Source of the DNA: Chamaesiphon sp.
GTDB taxonomy: Bacteria; Cyanobacteriota; Cyanobacteriia; Cyanobacteriales; Chamaesiphonaceae
Reading direction: 5' to 3'
DNA length: 64,000 nt
Assembly (NCBI GenBank): GCA_965246715.1
Contig: CBDFFH010000052.1
Location: forward strand, 83,137-147,136
The position numbers and the translations under genes were made by a program. Positions within the stretch are counted from its first letter, which is position 1. Every line of letters begins with the position of its first letter. The notes under the pieces are model-generated. The model searched no databases and was not told where the DNA came from. It saw nothing but the letters and a program-made list of their open reading frames with translations. Shown piece after piece: positions 62,783-64,000 of this stretch.

Positions 62783-64000
62783 GTGGAGAAGGGAACTCTA
62801 GTAGAATTTTGGCACAATGGAGAACGCCGTCTAGCGATTGCCGATCGTCCAGAAGGGAAAAAACACTGGATCGCGATCGATGCTCGGACGCAAGCACATA
62901 CACTCCATCCCCGCGACATTACTTATCAAGTGCAGGGAGTTAGTTGTCAGAAGCCAGCAGAAATCGATAAATTTACCGCAGAAGTAGCGCCGAATATCGA
63001 CCCCGACAGTCTCGAAGTAGCTTGGGAAATGTTGGTCGAAGATGGAGAAACGGTCGATCCGCCAGCATTAGCGGATTTATTGTATTCCGATCGCACCCCA
63101 GCCTTGTGTTATGCTGCACACATCTTATTATCAGACGATAAGATTTACTTTAAGAATAAAAAAGAAGATAAATACGAACCGCGTACCACAGTTCAAGTTG
63201 CCGAACTCAAGCATCAAGCGACAGTCAAAGAGCAAAAAGAACGGGAACAGCAAGGATTTATCGATCGAGTGCGGCAACAATTGGCAGGTACGCCTGTCGA
63301 GTGGGAAGATACCGACAAGCAGCGATTGGAAGTACTCGCAAAGTACGTCATCGATCCAGATCTACCACCCTCAAAGCTGGGAGAATATCTCACAGCTTTG
63401 AATCGATCGCAAACGCCCCAATCTGTCTTCGAGCTATTGGTAGAATTGGGCTGGTGGGATCTACATGAAAATATCCATCTCCGCCGCTCCCAGACTCCCG
63501 TTCACTTCTCACATAAGATGCTAACTGTGGCGCATGAATTATTGACTAAATCCGCCGATAGATCCCGATGAATCGAACCGTGTCGATCTGACTCATCTGA
63601 AGGTTTATACGATCGATGATGAGAGTACGCAAGAGATCGATGATGGCTTGAGTTTGGAAATCTTGCCAGACGGACGGCAAAAAGTTATGGGTTCACATCG
63701 CCGATCCGACGCGGTTATTATCGCCTGGAGATGAGTTTGACTTAGAAGCACGCAAACGTTCGGTGACGATTTATCTCCCCACCGGGATGATTCCGATGTT
63801 CCCGCCCGAACTCGCAACGGGGCCGATGAGCCTCATTCAGGGGAAGCGGTGTGTGTGCCTTGAGTTTTGGGGTAATTTTAGATCCCAGTGGTGCGGTGGC
63901 GGAATATGAGATCACTACAAGCACGATCGAGCCAACTTATCGCCTCACGTATGAAGATGTCGAGGAGATGCTGCAATTAGGCATTCCCGGCGAACCCGAA
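62783..64000 (+). CDS. rnb: Ribonuclease II/R family exoribonuclease (three apparent +1 frameshifts; runs off the window)
   Basis: TIDDESTQEIDDG, VHIAD and IYLPTG..PMFP motifs in shifted frames after 63550. Confidence 0.85.

Noticed and set aside
1732..63924. Numerous short ORFs overlapping long genes on the opposite strand or in other frames
   Set aside because: No motifs; consistent with shadow ORFs.

Overview
Cyanobacterial chromosomal segment. The HIP1 core CGATCG is very frequent, and the gene content is consistent with a Chamaesiphon-like organism (inference only). Most of the window is housekeeping: mgdA (partial), plsY, dgdA, rbgA, a B12 radical SAM gene, dxr, cobN, modAB, pyrC, fabH, plsX, a debranching enzyme, spkB, smc, alr, rpmG, rpsR, rnb, tRNA-Leu(UAA) and tRNA-His. 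Accessory DNA is interspersed. The best candidate for an undescribed system is an AT-rich four-gene operon at 42.7-48.8 kb: HerA/DUF87 ATPase, NurA-like nuclease, SPPY amino-methyltransferase and an M.Eco29kI-like C5 methyltransferase, with no classical restriction endonuclease. A MITE interrupts the native 5' end of its herA. Other notable items are a duplicated tRNA-His-like gene with compensatory stem changes, in-frame nested palindromic repeats inside cobN and the radical SAM gene, an xisHI cassette flanked by a duplicated gene start, several MITEs with clear target-site duplications, an intact ISL3, and a candidate ncRNA. Family assignments come from motif recognition by eye, not from database searches.
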